Position numbers and translations under genes: made by a program. A stretch of 64,000 bases of DNA, taken from assembly GCA_964486215.1 (NCBI GenBank), contig CAZALI010000002.1, positions 13,001 to 77,000 on the forward strand, written 5' to 3'. Positions 44,201 through 52,175 of this stretch are shown piece after piece (the stretch's first letter is position 1; each line of letters starts with the position of its first letter). The DNA comes from an uncultured Muribaculaceae bacterium (GTDB taxonomy: Bacteria; Bacillota_I; Bacilli_A; RF39; UBA660). The notes beneath the pieces are model-generated. The model had not been told where the DNA came from and searched no databases. It was given only the letters and a program-made list of their open reading frames with translations.

Positions 44201-47200
44201 GGTATAACATAGAGACTAGTGAAGTTATGCAACCACTTTTTGTATCTACAGTAGACTCTGGTAACTTAGTTGGTTCTTTGGTTGTAGTTAGAGAATTCTT
44301 AGATAAATATGGTTATGATTCTTTAGTAGATTTATGTGATAAGTTAATTAAAAATACTAATTTTAGAAAATTATATACTAAGAAAGATGTCTTTAGTATT
44401 GGTTATGATGAAAATGAAGGTAAGTTATCAATATACAATTATAATAAATTTGCTAGTGAATCACGTCTTACTTCATATTTAGCTATTGCTTTAGGTGATG
44501 TTTCTAGTAAACATTGGTTTTCACTAGATAAGAGTTTAACTATATACAAAGATAGGAAAGGTCTACTTTCTTGGAGTGGTACTGCTTTTGAATATTTTAT
44601 GCCTTATCTATTTATGAAGAATTATCCTAATACATTATTAGATGAAACATATAGATTCGCAGTATTTTGTAATAGAGATTATATAGATAGTGTTGATAGA
44701 AGTCTTCCTTGGGGTATTAGTGAAAGCGCTTATAATGAGCTTGATAATTCTCTTAACTATAAGTATAAAGCTTTTGCTACTCCTCATTTAAAAGCTAAAG
44801 AAGATCAAGATAATAGAATAGTGCTTTCTCCATATTCATCTATTATGGCTATGGATATGTATCCTATAGAAGTATACAAAAATATGACTAAATTTAAGAG
44901 ACTTGATATGTATGGTAAATATGGTTTTTATGAAGCTTATGATTATGATAATAGTGGAGTAGTTAAGAGTTATTTTGCTCACCATCAAGGTATGATTTTG
45001 ATGGGACTTACTAACTACTTAAAAGAAGATGTTATTAAGAGTTATTTCCATAGAAATGTTAATATTAGGACTTATGATATTCTTCTTAAAGAGAAAGTAC
45101 AAGTTAAGACTAGTATTGATATGAAGATGGCTAAGTATAAGAAATATAATTATGATAAAGAAGAAATTCAAAATGATATTAGAGCTTTCTCATATGTATC
45201 TTATATGCCAGAAGTATCAGTATTATCTAATAAGAAATATTGTTTACTTATGAATGATAGAGGAGATTCTTTCTCTAGATATAGGACTTTACAATTAAAT
45301 AGATATCGTAAAGTAACTGAACAAGATTATGGTCTATTTATGTATATTAAAGATTTAGATAGTAATTTTGTTTGGAGTAATACTTTTGCTCCTATGAATA
45401 GACAACCTGATAAGTATGAGATAGTTTTTGCGAGTGATAAGATAAAGTATATTAGAAAAGATGGAGATATTACTACTAAGAGTGAGATAGTTGTTACTAA
45501 TGATCATCATGCTGAAATTAGAAAGATTACTTTTAAGAATGAGAGTAGTGAAGTTAAGAAGTTAGAATTAACTACTTATACAGAAGTTATTTTATCTGAG
45601 AATATGGATGATGTTAGTCATAGAGCATTTAATAGTATGTTTATATCTACAGCATATGATGATGAAAGTCATGCTTTAATTGCGAAGAGAAAGACTAGAG
45701 GAGACGATAAAGTTAATAACTATATGTTTAATAGATTAGTTATTCCTGATGTTAATGAAGGATATAGTTATGCAACTGAAAGAATTGATTTTATAGGTAG
45801 AAATCATACTGCTAGTGATCCAGAAGCTTTAAGTCATGAGTTAAATAATTATGCTGGAGATAACTTAGATCCTATTATGAGTATTAGAAATACTATTGAG
45901 GTAGAACCATTTAGTAGTAAAGAGGTATATGTACTTTGTGGCTTTGGTAGAAGCTTGGAGCAAATACGTGAAATTATTAATGCTTATGATAATATAGATA
46001 AAGTAGATGAAGCATTTGAAGCTTGTACAGTTATGAATATTATTAAGACTAAGAATATGCAACTTACTGGTACTGATATGAGAACATTTAATGTAATGCT
46101 TAATTATTTGTATCAGACTACTAGACTTAGTGTTAATGAAGAGAGAGAAGATCTACTTCGTAAGAATGCTTTAGGTCAATCTGGATTATGGAAATTTGGT
46201 GTTTCTGGAGATAGACCAATTATCTTAGTAGAAATTAGTGATATTAATGATTTAGGATTTATTTATCAAATACTTAAATGTTTTGAATATTATAAGAATA
46301 ATTCTATCTTTGTAGATGTTATTATCATTAATAATGAGAGTAATCAATTCTCTAAGATAATTAAGAGCGAAATAGAAGATGAATTATATAGAATGTATAC
46401 TGTTAATAGCTTTTATCATACTCCTGGAGGAGTAACAGTTATTGATAGTAGTAATATATCTCGTGAAGAGAAATCATTATTATATATGGTACCTAGATTA
46501 AAATTTGTAATAGAAAATCATATAACTTTACAAGAAGCAGTAGATTTATTACAGAAAAATAATACTATTACTGATTATGAACAAGATATATGGGAAGATA
46601 ATATAGAAAAGAAATCTAGTGAGAAGTTAACTTATGATAATGGTTATGGTGGATTTAGAAAGAATGGCAGTGAGTATGTTATATATAATAGGAATACTCC
46701 TACACCATGGTCTAATATTATAGCTAATAAGAACTTTGGTACGATAGTTACTAATAATGGTTGTGGATTTACTTATGCATATAATTCTTCAGAATTTAAA
46801 CTTACTTCATGGACTAATGATATGGTATGTAATGATAAGAGTGAAGGCTTTAAGTTTAATGGGAAAGTATTTGATCCAACTTATTGTGTACATGGATTTG
46901 GTTATAGTACTTTGTCTAGTGAAACTAGTGAATTAAAACATGAGATTACAGAGTTTGTTCCAGTAGATGATCCAATTAAAGTTTACTTAATGACATTAAC
47001 TAATAAAGAAAAGACTAAGAAGAATATAGAAATTGAGTATTATATAAATCCAACTTTTGGTAATTTTGAAGAAAAAACTACTCGTCATATATTAACAGAA
47101 TTCTTAGGTGATGATAACTTTGTTAAGATGAGAAATGTCTATAGTATTAACTATGGTGATGTTAATGTCTTTATGTCTAGTAACTTAAAGATTAATAGTG

Positions 47201-48879
47201 CTAATACTAATAGAATGTTAGTAAAGAGTATTACTAGTAAAGTTAGTTTAGAGGCTGGTAAGAGTGTTGATTTAATATATGTTCTTGGTTGTGGTATGAG
47301 TGATGAAGAATGTATTAAATTAATTGATAAATATAGTGATGTTACTAGAGCTCGTAAAGCTTTGAAAGAAGTTAAAGATAACTGGGAAAAAGATTTAAGT
47401 GTTGTTACTGTTAAGAGTCAAGATAAGAGTTTTGATTATATGATGAATGGATGGTACTTATATCAAACTATTTCTAGTAGAATATTTGCGAAGAGTGGTT
47501 TCTATCAAGTAAGTGGAGCTTTTGGTTACAGAGATCAGTTACAAGATGCTATGAATATAGTTATGATTAAGCCTGATTATACAAGAAGTCAGATTCTTAC
47601 AAATGCATCTCATCAATTTATGGAAGGCGATGTTCTTCACTGGTGGCATGAGAAGAATAGATTTGGACTTCGTTCTAGATTTAAAGATGATTATTTATGG
47701 CTTGTATACGCAACTATTTCTTATATCAAAGTTACAGGAGATACATCTATATTAGATGAAGAAGTTCCATATATTATAGGTGATAGTTTAAGTGAATATG
47801 AAAATGAAAAAGGTATTGTATTTAATTATTCACAAGAGAAAGCTAAATTATTTGATCATTTAGTAAAATCTATTGACTTATCTATGAATTCTTTAGGTCG
47901 TCATAAACTACCTCTTATGGGTGGTGGCGATTGGAATGATGGTATGAACAAAGTTGGCATTAAAGGAGAAGGAGAGTCTGTATGGTTAGGTTTCTTCTTA
48001 TACGAGATTATTGATGACTTTGTTAAGATGTGTAAGAAGAGTAAGAATAAAATTGATACTGATAAGTATTTAGACTTTAATGATAAACTAAAAGATAGTC
48101 TAGATAAGAAAGCCTGGGATGGTAATTGGTATTTAAGAGCTTACTTTGATAATGGTGATAAGTTAGGTTCACATGAGAATAGTGAATGTAAGATAGACTT
48201 ACTAAGTCAAAGCTTCTCTATACTTAGTGGTGTTGCGAATAAAGATAGAAGAGAACAAGTAATAAATTCTGTTGAAGAGAACTTGGTTGATACTAATAGT
48301 AAGATTATTAAATTACTTACTCCAGCATTTGCTAAATCACTTAATAATCCTGGTTATATTATGGATTATCCTAAAGGTATAAGAGAAAATGGTGGTCAGT
48401 ATACACATAGTGTTTCATGGTACTTAAAAGCTCTTATAAAGTCTGGTTATTTTGATAAAGCTTATCGTTACTATCAAATGATTAATCCAGTAGAAAGATC
48501 TCTTGATAAGACAAGTGTTCAAAAGTACTTAGTAGAGCCATATGTAATTGCTGCAGATATTTATTCTGCTTTAGGAAGAGAAGGCAGAGGAGGATGGACA
48601 TGGTATACAGGATCTGCTGGATGGTTCTATAGATTAGGTATTGTCGATATACTTGGATTACAAAAGAGTGGAGATAGTTTAAAACTAAGTCCAAATATGC
48701 CAGTTCATTGGGATAACTTTAGAGTAATCTATAGATATATGGATACTAAGTATAATATAGAAGTTATTAAGACTAATAAAGATGAATTGGTAGTAGATGG
48801 TAGAAAGCAAAATTCTAATAATATTATTCTAGTAAATGATAAGATAGATCATGAAGTAACATTATATGTTAAAAAATAG
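41224..48879 (+). CDS. Cyclic beta-1,2-glucan synthase-like giant multidomain protein (GT84-type glycosyltransferase + TM region + central glucanase/cyclization-like region + GH94 phosphorylase-like domain)
   Basis: 2551 aa. DTDT at 42808-42819 and HHRWARGD at 43246-43269 (processive GT signature as in Cgs/NdvB/ChvB). Multiple TM helices on both sides of the GT domain. C-terminal GH94 hallmark GDWND at 47926-47940. Confidence 0.8.
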   Translation: MDIIKKFMNDFHEIEKYYEFLVQKTKRHEYVGVTNEWLIDNFYLLVEHKNSIVDDKKNIRKNRKLYLDLYSRINNIVVKNNYNINFKILCQELKKYQKNTKKYFSYKELSSMKVILLFSYVSRLRLLCEDEYRKLLDEEEIDKIISSKGSKDLSIDDFVNFSNYKDNYHYIFSLNYKLRELGSNGGRIFKELNELLQSKNISLKEIINDEYHEKMSNDILISNIFNDLREFTEFNNEDLYEKISKSEKLFLTDSIYEQMSVESKKLYRQRLVKLAKKYHTTEHEFLSEILDKENADDYHVGFKLFKKPKYMFRFNFYFAFSLFLSCIITLLISKYFFVGIKGLSFVLLIIPVFQLFISIENEILSRVIRPKILPKLDFSEGIPDDYQTMVVIPTIVSDEDKIKKMFDILETFYIMNNKTDNLYFTLLGDVKSSSMEEEDYDKDISKYGTKYAKDLNKKYGKDLFYFIYRKRKYNDKEGEYLGYERKRGALLQFNKILLHEVDKVTSKENFNVNMLLNNKLNIKYVITLDTDTRLVLNTALNLVGAMAHPLNKPILNKSEDKVISGYGIMQPRVTMDIEDTNKSLYSQVFAGIGGFDTYTSVVPNVYQDSFGEGSFVGKGIYDLECFDKILDNTFPDNKVLSHDLLEGNYLRCAYISDIELVDGFPSKFLTDATRHHRWARGDVQIIDWLFPTVKNRKGRKVHNPLNPLEKYKILDNILRMFMYPLLLLIVILASFSLIKYPLCWIGFVLIQLALPIIFFLKSKMYREDNTKRTIYYKNLIFGGRSLLLRSYIMFVNLPYNAKLYLDAFCRTMYRMLVSHKNLLNWLTADDAEKTIKDNLANYNRNYIINFITGGLLIIGFIFIHNPIALICGILFLTAPFVLYRVSRNIDDNKIQLKEREKEKVENTALKTFNYFKDNLKEEYHYLIPDNYQDNREQKLDLRTSPTAIGFSMISIICGYELDFINEEETVKYLENILKSIDSLKKWHGHLYNWYNIETSEVMQPLFVSTVDSGNLVGSLVVVREFLDKYGYDSLVDLCDKLIKNTNFRKLYTKKDVFSIGYDENEGKLSIYNYNKFASESRLTSYLAIALGDVSSKHWFSLDKSLTIYKDRKGLLSWSGTAFEYFMPYLFMKNYPNTLLDETYRFAVFCNRDYIDSVDRSLPWGISESAYNELDNSLNYKYKAFATPHLKAKEDQDNRIVLSPYSSIMAMDMYPIEVYKNMTKFKRLDMYGKYGFYEAYDYDNSGVVKSYFAHHQGMILMGLTNYLKEDVIKSYFHRNVNIRTYDILLKEKVQVKTSIDMKMAKYKKYNYDKEEIQNDIRAFSYVSYMPEVSVLSNKKYCLLMNDRGDSFSRYRTLQLNRYRKVTEQDYGLFMYIKDLDSNFVWSNTFAPMNRQPDKYEIVFASDKIKYIRKDGDITTKSEIVVTNDHHAEIRKITFKNESSEVKKLELTTYTEVILSENMDDVSHRAFNSMFISTAYDDESHALIAKRKTRGDDKVNNYMFNRLVIPDVNEGYSYATERIDFIGRNHTASDPEALSHELNNYAGDNLDPIMSIRNTIEVEPFSSKEVYVLCGFGRSLEQIREIINAYDNIDKVDEAFEACTVMNIIKTKNMQLTGTDMRTFNVMLNYLYQTTRLSVNEEREDLLRKNALGQSGLWKFGVSGDRPIILVEISDINDLGFIYQILKCFEYYKNNSIFVDVIIINNESNQFSKIIKSEIEDELYRMYTVNSFYHTPGGVTVIDSSNISREEKSLLYMVPRLKFVIENHITLQEAVDLLQKNNTITDYEQDIWEDNIEKKSSEKLTYDNGYGGFRKNGSEYVIYNRNTPTPWSNIIANKNFGTIVTNNGCGFTYAYNSSEFKLTSWTNDMVCNDKSEGFKFNGKVFDPTYCVHGFGYSTLSSETSELKHEITEFVPVDDPIKVYLMTLTNKEKTKKNIEIEYYINPTFGNFEEKTTRHILTEFLGDDNFVKMRNVYSINYGDVNVFMSSNLKINSANTNRMLVKSITSKVSLEAGKSVDLIYVLGCGMSDEECIKLIDKYSDVTRARKALKEVKDNWEKDLSVVTVKSQDKSFDYMMNGWYLYQTISSRIFAKSGFYQVSGAFGYRDQLQDAMNIVMIKPDYTRSQILTNASHQFMEGDVLHWWHEKNRFGLRSRFKDDYLWLVYATISYIKVTGDTSILDEEVPYIIGDSLSEYENEKGIVFNYSQEKAKLFDHLVKSIDLSMNSLGRHKLPLMGGGDWNDGMNKVGIKGEGESVWLGFFLYEIIDDFVKMCKKSKNKIDTDKYLDFNDKLKDSLDKKAWDGNWYLRAYFDNGDKLGSHENSECKIDLLSQSFSILSGVANKDRREQVINSVEENLVDTNSKIIKLLTPAFAKSLNNPGYIMDYPKGIRENGGQYTHSVSWYLKALIKSGYFDKAYRYYQMINPVERSLDKTSVQKYLVEPYVIAADIYSALGREGRGGWTWYTGSAGWFYRLGIVDILGLQKSGDSLKLSPNMPVHWDNFRVIYRYMDTKYNIEVIKTNKDELVVDGRKQNSNNIILVNDKIDHEVTLYVKK

Positions 48880-48903
48880 AAGTACTTAGTACTTCTTTTT
48901 TTA
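48878..48903 (+). terminator. Intrinsic terminator
   Basis: Stem AGAAGTAC / GTACTTCT followed by a T run. It overlaps the stop codon. Confidence 0.7.
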
Positions 48904-48939
48904 TTAAACATGTTTTATAATTATAGTGGAGGATTTCTT

Positions 48940-50106
48940 ATGATTAACTTTGATTTTAAGAGTACTGTGTATAATACATCTAATAATTCATTAGATAAGA
49001 GTACTGTGTATAGTAAATTTAATACTTATGATATGACTGGATGGGATAAATCTGTCGATTTTGATATATCTGAAATGAAAAGAAAAGCAGAAGAAGTAAA
49101 AGAAATATCAGATGTATTAGTAGTTATTGGAATAGGTGGATCTTATCTTGGTAGTAAAGCAATATATGATATGTTTACTTCATACTTTGATAAATCTTTT
49201 AGAGTAATATATTGTGGTAATAGTTTATCTAGTAGTTATTTTAATGACTTAAAACAAGAATTAGATAGAGTTAATTTTAGTGTGAATGTTATTAGTAAAA
49301 GTGGAAATACTATGGAGATAAAACTTGCTTATAACTTTATTAAGAAATATATGGAAGAAAGATATAGTAGTGAAGAAATAGCTAATAGAATAATTATGAC
49401 TACCGGAGAGGAAGGTTATCTAAGAGAAGAAGCTCATAAGAATGGTTATTATACTATGTCTATTCCAAATGATATAGGTGGAAGATATTCTATGTTTACT
49501 CCAGCACATTTATTCCCATTAATGTTTAATATAGATATAGATAAATTTATAAATGGTTATAATGATGGAGAAAAATTAAAAGACATAGCTTATGATTATG
49601 CTTGTGTTAGAAAGAGTTTATTTGACAATAGAAAGTACGTTGAGAACTTTGTCTGTTTTGAAGAAAAGTTTAATATGTTTAATGAATGGTTAAAGCAATT
49701 ATTTGGAGAGAGTGAAGGTAAAAATAACAGTGGTATTTTACCTACTTCTACAGTGTTTACTCGTGATTTGCATTCATTAGGTCAATTTATTCAAGAGGGA
49801 AATAAAATATTGTTTGAGACGTTTATTGTGGTTAGAGATAATCCTTCTTTTATGGTAGATGATAAAGATATTAATTCTATTAATAATAGTGTTATTGATG
49901 CGGTTAGAAGTGCTCATTATAATGGAGGAGTATCAGTTAATTTTATTGAGATAGATAAATTAAATGAATATAATATTGGTTCACTTGTTAGATTTTTCTT
50001 TTATGCAGCTGCTTTTTCTTCAATATTATTTGGAGTTAATCCATTTGATCAACCTGGTGTAGAAGTATATAAGAGCGAAGTTAGAAAGAGACTTGAAAAT
50101 GTATAA
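48940..50106 (+). CDS. pgi: Glucose-6-phosphate isomerase (short form)
   Basis: GIGGSYLG, SKSGNTME, DIGGRYS, GESEGK, FDQPGVEVYK. GGAGG RBS before ATG 48940. Confidence 0.88.
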   Translation: MINFDFKSTVYNTSNNSLDKSTVYSKFNTYDMTGWDKSVDFDISEMKRKAEEVKEISDVLVVIGIGGSYLGSKAIYDMFTSYFDKSFRVIYCGNSLSSSYFNDLKQELDRVNFSVNVISKSGNTMEIKLAYNFIKKYMEERYSSEEIANRIIMTTGEEGYLREEAHKNGYYTMSIPNDIGGRYSMFTPAHLFPLMFNIDIDKFINGYNDGEKLKDIAYDYACVRKSLFDNRKYVENFVCFEEKFNMFNEWLKQLFGESEGKNNSGILPTSTVFTRDLHSLGQFIQEGNKILFETFIVVRDNPSFMVDDKDINSINNSVIDAVRSAHYNGGVSVNFIEIDKLNEYNIGSLVRFFFYAAAFSSILFGVNPFDQPGVEVYKSEVRKRLENV

Positions 50107-50866
50107 AATATTAGTATGTGATTTTTATGATACATTAATTAATAAAGATGAAGCTATTGCGATACCTACAATGTTAGATATAGATAAGATGCGTAGTAAA
50201 GCACTATTTGTAGTAGCGACTAGTGGGCTTTTTAGAACTATAATTGATTATAATATGAGTTATATTTTTTCTGATTATATTATTAGTTATAATGGAGCTT
50301 ATATTTATGATACTAATAAGGACAAAGCTATTTATAAGAAACCTATTGGTGTTACTCTTATGAGAAAATTGTCTAAGATAAAAGCATCTAATGTAGCTTT
50401 CTTAACACTAAATGATATGTATTTTATAAATAAAGTTAAAAATAAAGATTATGGTGTTAATATTAGTGATATAGATGATTTTATAGATTTTCATAAGAAA
50501 GATGTTTATGAAATTAGAGTATTTGATACTTTAGATAACTTAGAAGAAATAAAGAATAAATTATCTAAATTAAAAGTTAAGTATTATTTACGTAGTAGTG
50601 GAAAAGAATATTATTTAGAAATTACTAGTGATGTAGTTAATAAGTTTGAAGCTAGTAAGATTATTTTAGATAAAGAAAATATTAAAAATAGTGAAATGGT
50701 ATCTATTGGCTGTAGTAGTAATGATTATGAACTTGTTAAGAGTGCTGGATGTGGAGTAGCAATTAAGAATGCTGATACAGAAATAAAAAAAGTAGCAATG
50801 TACACTACTAAGAAGAATAATACTAGTGGTGTTCAAGAAGTAATAGAAAAGTATTTTATTAAATAA
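50093..50866 (+). CDS. HAD-superfamily Cof-type phosphatase-like protein (atypical motif I)
   Basis: Cof-like layout with C-terminal GCSSNDYELVKSAGCGVAIKNA. Motif I reads CDFYDTL instead of DxDGT. Overlaps pgi by 14 nt. Confidence 0.7.
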   Translation: MKMYKILVCDFYDTLINKDEAIAIPTMLDIDKMRSKALFVVATSGLFRTIIDYNMSYIFSDYIISYNGAYIYDTNKDKAIYKKPIGVTLMRKLSKIKASNVAFLTLNDMYFINKVKNKDYGVNISDIDDFIDFHKKDVYEIRVFDTLDNLEEIKNKLSKLKVKYYLRSSGKEYYLEITSDVVNKFEASKIILDKENIKNSEMVSIGCSSNDYELVKSAGCGVAIKNADTEIKKVAMYTTKKNNTSGVQEVIEKYFIK

Positions 50867-51670
50867 GTGGGTGATAGTGTGGTATTACAAGAGAATAGTA
50901 ATGTAGGATTATATCGTAAGAATAATGAGGATTATGTTATTACTTATACACATCCTGATAATAAGGATTTGTATTTACTTGCCGTTGCGGATGGTATGGG
51001 TGGTAAAGAAGATGGAGAGTTAGCTTCTTTTATAATGATTAATTCTATTTATAATTACTTTATATTAAATGATGCTGAGTTATTTAATGACTTTGACTTA
51101 TTAAAAGAAAGACTTATTAAATTTGTTGGTTATGTAAATGAAGCTATTATCAAGCGATATGGAGAAAATAAACTAGGTACTACTTTCTGTATGGCTATTG
51201 TGAATAAAAAGAATACTTTTATTCTAAATATTGGAGATAGTAGATGTTATGTATATAGAAAGAAAGATTTAGAACAAATTACTGAAGATAATAGTCAAGT
51301 ATTTAATTATTATAAATTAGGACTTGTAGAGAAAGATGATTTAAAGTTCTTAGCTACTAATAATTTAATTACTAGATGTGTTGGTTTAAATAAAGAAATG
51401 TGTATATGTACTACTAAAGTGATAAATAATGACTATAAATTATTATTACTATTAACTGATGGAGTAACTGATGTACTTAACGATACAAAGATTAAAGCTA
51501 TAATAGAAAAAGAAGAAGCAGATAATATTTTGAGTACTATTATAAATGAAGCTATATATGTTGATCAGAATCTACAAGTACCAGATTATTTAAAAGAAAA
51601 GTATGCTAAATACATAATAGTACCACCTCGTGGGAAAGATAATGCGAGTGGAGCTATTTACGTAAAGTAG
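50867..51670 (+). CDS. PP2C-family Ser/Thr protein phosphatase
   Basis: RKNNEDY, AVADGMGG, LTDGV motifs. GTG start immediately after the upstream stop. Confidence 0.85.
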   Translation: MGDSVVLQENSNVGLYRKNNEDYVITYTHPDNKDLYLLAVADGMGGKEDGELASFIMINSIYNYFILNDAELFNDFDLLKERLIKFVGYVNEAIIKRYGENKLGTTFCMAIVNKKNTFILNIGDSRCYVYRKKDLEQITEDNSQVFNYYKLGLVEKDDLKFLATNNLITRCVGLNKEMCICTTKVINNDYKLLLLLTDGVTDVLNDTKIKAIIEKEEADNILSTIINEAIYVDQNLQVPDYLKEKYAKYIIVPPRGKDNASGAIYVK

Positions 51671-51700
51671 TTTTAATTTGTAAAATTACTTTTGAAAATA

Positions 51701-51729
51701 TTGACAAGAACATTTTACTATGTTAAATT
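51701..51729 (+). promoter_or_regulatory. Candidate sigma-A promoter
   Basis: TTGACA (51701-51706), a 17-nt spacer ending in TGT, TAAATT (51724-51729). Confidence 0.45.
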
Positions 51730-51735
51730 AAAATT

Positions 51736-52094
51736 GCTAATAGAGAGAGAGTTGAGAATATTTTAATAATAGTTTTCTTAACGGCTAATTATTATTTGTA
51801 TATTCTTGTTTTTACTCATTTGTTCACACTATTAGTAAAATTACATTTTTATTTATTTTTAGTTAGAGAAGGAAAACTCTGAGTTACGATAACGGCTATC
51901 TTATAATGATACGGAGAATGCGAAAGCTGTGCCTTCTGTAAACCAATTATAATTTATTTGATTATCAGAGATAATAAATTATGATAAAAAATATAATATT
52001 ATTAGTTTAGGGAAACTTACGCTAATAATAAAAAACGTAGTTAGTTTGTTTATATTTTTTGGAATATGACTGGTCATTGAGTCATATTTTTTTT
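51736..52094 (+). ncRNA. Candidate ~360-nt non-coding transcript or leader upstream of essC (unclassified)
   Basis: No ORF of 60 aa or more, and no RBS-preceded short ORF. Hairpins: AGAAGG 51867-51872 / CCTTCT 51932-51937 enclosing GCGAAAGC (51920-51927); TATTATTAG 51997-52005 / CTAATAATA 52022-52030. Terminator stem AATATGACT / AGTCATATT + T run at 52063-52094. Confidence 0.35.
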
Positions 52095-52125
52095 GTAATT
52101 TAGTCTTTTAAAACCATAATATAAA

Positions 52126-52134
52126 TGTTATAAT
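52126..52134 (+). promoter_or_regulatory. Extended -10 promoter (TGTTATAAT) for essC
   Basis: TGnTATAAT lies 42 nt upstream of the essC ATG, downstream of the 52063-52094 terminator. Confidence 0.5.
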
Positions 52135-52175
52135 TTTAGTAGAATAGGATATTGTAAAGGCTGGTTGGTGATAAG

